From a virus (taxonomy: Duplodnaviria; Caudoviricetes): a DNA stretch of 38,589 nt. The DNA is taken from positions 1 through 38,589 of the IMG/VR virus record IMGVR_UViG_3300033076_001091; one strand, written 5' to 3'. Position 1 is the first letter of the stretch; each line of letters starts with the position of its first letter. The translations under genes and the position numbers were made by a program. The notes beneath the pieces were generated by a model that was not told the DNA's origin, searched no databases, and was given only the letters and a program-made list of their open reading frames with translations. Positions 36,139 to 38,589 of the stretch are shown here, in pieces.

Positions 36139-37296
36139 TTATCCTACATATATTGCTAAAGGAACTTTTTGTAACATTTCTAATTGTTGTTGAGCCTCAG
36201 CTGCTTTATTTTCAAACTGAACTTTTCTACTTACCTCTTCTAAGTTTTCTCTAAGTTGAGTAATTAAGTTTTCTTTTTCAGTTGTTGCCTCCGCTCTTAA
36301 TTGAGCACCATCTAAAGTTGTTTCACCACCAGGAATAGGAATAGTGTTATATTTTTCCCTGATAGCTCCTAACAATTCTTTTGATAATGCTAATGTATAT
36401 TTTCTAATCCATTGCTTACCCACATCATTAATCTTTCTATATGGAATAAAATTATATTTGATATTAGAGTAATCCGATACAAGATTAGGTCTAACCGAAG
36501 TTGAATTAGTTTCAAATTCATCTCTAACAAAATACTCAAACCAAATTATTTGATCAGTTGTTGGAATAGGAAATATTTGTAATTGATTATTTACAATATT
36601 AAATGTATGTGCAGATTTGCGAATTTGGTCATTAAATTCAATAGCTTGAATTCTAAGTAAATCTTCGTAGAAAGGTAACAATACGAATTGGGTTGCAGTA
36701 GAAAATGAGCTAAAACCAAACTCTTGAGTAATATTTAGAGTTCCCATACCACTAATTGAATACGGATCAAAGAAACGAGATAAAGCCGGTTTGGGTTCAA
36801 AATAAACTTTTGTTACTTCTATTCTACTACCACTCTCATATACATCCGCAAATAATTCTTTTAAATCGTAAGATTGTGTATAAGCACTCGCACTTACAAA
36901 TCCTCTTTTGATATCAGTTGCACCGCCTACTCCTGCCAAAGTTCCATAAGCATCACTTATTTTTACAATGTTAGGAACAAATGAACCTTCTACTAATTGA
37001 CCTGTAAAATTGGTTGATGTAGATTGACCCGTTAAAACAGGCAAATTGTTACGAATATTAAACTGATTTACTTGCGCAGAATATTCCGAAGTTGCTTCTT
37101 CTAGACAAGCATAAAACTGCTCATCTATTAATTCTACATCAATAATAGGGTATCCTAATCTTCTAGCACACCATAAGGATACTTTTGGAGCATCATCCGA
37201 AAAGTAACTATCGTCATCATAAATACCGAATGGAGTTTGTCCAGTCGTAAATGAAGATGATCCAGGATAATGGTTTATTGTTGAATTTACCGACAT
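36139..37296 (-). CDS. Neck protein (T4 gp13-like)
   Basis: WCARRLGYPIIDVELIDEQFYACLEEA..WIRKYTLALSKELLGAIREKY..IPGGETTLDG..L. Confidence 0.85.
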   Translation of the reverse strand: MSVNSTINHYPGSSSFTTGQTPFGIYDDDSYFSDDAPKVSLWCARRLGYPIIDVELIDEQFYACLEEATSEYSAQVNQFNIRNNLPVLTGQSTSTNFTGQLVEGSFVPNIVKISDAYGTLAGVGGATDIKRGFVSASAYTQSYDLKELFADVYESGSRIEVTKVYFEPKPALSRFFDPYSISGMGTLNITQEFGFSSFSTATQFVLLPFYEDLLRIQAIEFNDQIRKSAHTFNIVNNQLQIFPIPTTDQIIWFEYFVRDEFETNSTSVRPNLVSDYSNIKYNFIPYRKINDVGKQWIRKYTLALSKELLGAIREKYNTIPIPGGETTLDGAQLRAEATTEKENLITQLRENLEEVSRKVQFENKAAEAQQQLEMLQKVPLAIYVG

Positions 37297-37313
37297 TTCG
37301 TAATTTGTTTGTC

Positions 37314-37322
37314 TATAAATAT
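37314..37322 (-). promoter_or_regulatory. Putative late promoter ATATTTATA
   Basis: Exact motif 17 nt upstream of ATG 37296. Confidence 0.65.
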
Positions 37323-37343
37323 TAAATTACGAAATAAAGATGG

Positions 37344-37709
37344 TTAAGATAACTCTTTAATTAAATAAAGTGTGGAATATATTAATTGATCCACATTATC
37401 TATTTGATTTTGTATATAAGATTCTTTAATCGGTTGTCTTTTGATTTCTACTATTTTCAATATCTTTTCAAAATATGCAATTACCTGTTCTTTGGATTCA
37501 AATTGTTCTAAACCGGTAATATTTTTGTATTTAATTATACCATATTTACCTTGCCAACTTTCTGCTAAGCCATCTATAATATCCACAATTTCGTTGTAAT
37601 ATGTATCTAATGCTTTGTGAATTGCAAATGAACCTTCACCTTTTGCACCTAAGTGAAAAGTATGAGCCTGAGTTCTACTATGAAATAATACTGATAAAAT
37701 TTCTTCCAT
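37344..37709 (-). CDS. Ferritin/Dps-like four-helix bundle protein (DUF5856-like)
   Basis: QAHTFHL..HKALDTYYNEIVDIIDGLAESWQGKYG..QNQIDNV..LIYSTLY resembles the Dps H..H..D..E..D..AE spacing. Confidence 0.75.
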   Translation of the reverse strand: MEEILSVLFHSRTQAHTFHLGAKGEGSFAIHKALDTYYNEIVDIIDGLAESWQGKYGIIKYKNITGLEQFESKEQVIAYFEKILKIVEIKRQPIKESYIQNQIDNVDQLIYSTLYLIKELS

Positions 37710-37712
37710 ATC

Positions 37713-37721
37713 TATAAATAT
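37713..37721 (-). promoter_or_regulatory. Putative late promoter ATATTTATA
   Basis: Exact motif only 3 nt upstream of ATG 37709. Confidence 0.55.
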
Positions 37722-38368
37722 TACTTTTTAATTAAAAACGCATTTGGAAATATCTGAACGTTTTCCGAAGGTATGGTTTCCCTTTCTATTAGTTCATTCA
37801 TTGCTCTTAAAACCGATGGATATGCATCTATATCATCTCCTCCCATATATCCTCCTTTTTGAACTCTGCTCCACCAATTATCAACATCTAATTTAACTAC
37901 TTCATAATTATGGTCTCCATCTATATAAACAAATTTAAGAGATTCTTCTTCATACCATTTCCACAACCATCTACTATCTCCAATCATAAGGTTTATATAA
38001 CTCTCTACCCCACATAGTCTATAATGAGCTTTTATTAATTCATCAATTGGAATATTTGTAAGTTCTTTTGAAAATCGGTAATCATAAAAAGATTTTGGGT
38101 GATCACCTCTTCTAACATCCGCATCTATTTGCCAAAGAGAATCTATTGTATCAAATTTTATTCTCTTACCACTTTCTTTTATTAGCGATGCCATATAAAT
38201 TGTAGATTGACCAAAAAATGTTCCAATTTCAACTATGGAATCACCATCTTCCAATTTATCAATCATTATATTATAGATATCCTCTGCACATCCTATCCAA
38301 CCCGGAACGTCTTCATAAGTCTTAATCTTCCCGATTTCATACTTATCCTTTATTGTGTGTAACCTCAT
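37721..38368 (-). CDS. Class I SAM-dependent methyltransferase (Methyltransf_24-like), ~215 aa
   Basis: IVEIGTFFGQST, TIDSLW, FVYIDGDHNYEVVKLD..GGYMGGDD. Start moved to ATG 38368 because the ORF-track start at 38413 lies inside the terminator. Confidence 0.85.
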   Translation of the reverse strand: MRLHTIKDKYEIGKIKTYEDVPGWIGCAEDIYNIMIDKLEDGDSIVEIGTFFGQSTIYMASLIKESGKRIKFDTIDSLWQIDADVRRGDHPKSFYDYRFSKELTNIPIDELIKAHYRLCGVESYINLMIGDSRWLWKWYEEESLKFVYIDGDHNYEVVKLDVDNWWSRVQKGGYMGGDDIDAYPSVLRAMNELIERETIPSENVQIFPNAFLIKK

Positions 38369-38391
38369 AAATTTAAATATAAAAAAGACAT

Positions 38392-38418
38392 AAAAAAGGG
38401 GATGATTACTCACCCCCT
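38392..38418 (-). terminator. Rho-independent terminator after the major capsid gene
   Basis: Minus strand AGGGGGTGA-GTAA-TCATCCCCT-TTTTT. Confidence 0.85.
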
Positions 38419-38460
38419 AATTTATTTTTTATGTTAATTTATTTAACTGAAATCCGGAGA

Positions 38461-38589
38461 TTACAAGTTAGCTAAATCTTTTACATAAATCTTACCATAG
38501 AACTCAGGTCTTACGATCTTCTTAGCGTATCTTGTCATAACACCTCTTCTTGGAGTGAAGTTATCTGGGTCATACACTAATGGAGTCAT
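38461..38589 (-). CDS. gp23: Major capsid protein, C-terminal fragment (T4 gp23-like; truncated by the window edge, not in the ORF track)
   Basis: Translates MTPLVYDPDNFTPRRGVMTRYAKKIVRPEFYGKIYVKDLANL*, matching the gp23 C-terminal DP.nF.P..G..TRY motif. Confidence 0.88.
   Translation of the reverse strand: MTPLVYDPDNFTPRRGVMTRYAKKIVRPEFYGKIYVKDLANL

Noticed and set aside
38369-38413. ORF-track N-terminal extension of the methyltransferase (and 1354..1362 of the polymerase)
   Set aside because: These extensions run through a terminator and a promoter box respectively; the downstream ATGs fit better.
1-38589. Stop-codon reassignment, as seen in some large Bacteroidota phages
   Set aside because: Standard code 11 gives long, tightly packed, uninterrupted genes across the window, so no recoding is needed.

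Overview
AT-rich segment of a large tailed-phage genome (contractile-tail myovirus with distant T4-like structural genes). Every credible gene is on the minus strand. In transcription order (right to left): the 3' end of a gp23-like major capsid gene; a SAM methyltransferase; a ferritin/Dps-like protein; neck and tail-terminator genes (gp13/gp14/gp15-like); a ~20 kb block of Ser/Thr/Gly-rich fibre and adhesin genes, including two paralogous S74-chaperone fibres, a Gly-rich ALK/LTK-like protein, a LamG-like lectin, a GT-B glycosyltransferase and a Hint-domain protein; tail sheath and tail tube; a two-gene moron-like insert; a gp26-like chaperone with an unannotated out-of-frame gp51-like extension; tape measure; baseplate genes; a PhyH-family dioxygenase; and a shortened family A DNA polymerase. 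Three TTGG-N19-TAnnTTT(G/A) promoters and the lack of obvious Shine-Dalgarno sites point to a Bacteroidota host. Most interesting signals: (1) a 177-nt structured leader with mutually exclusive folds (riboswitch-like) upstream of a fibre gene; (2) a fibre - glycosyltransferase - Hint-adhesin cassette; (3) a candidate +1/-2 frameshift at a U7 tract in the tail chaperone gene; (4) a recurrent ATATTTATA motif upstream of late genes, whose core is the reverse complement of the T4 late promoter. All family assignments come from motif recognition by eye; no database searches or folding programs were run.
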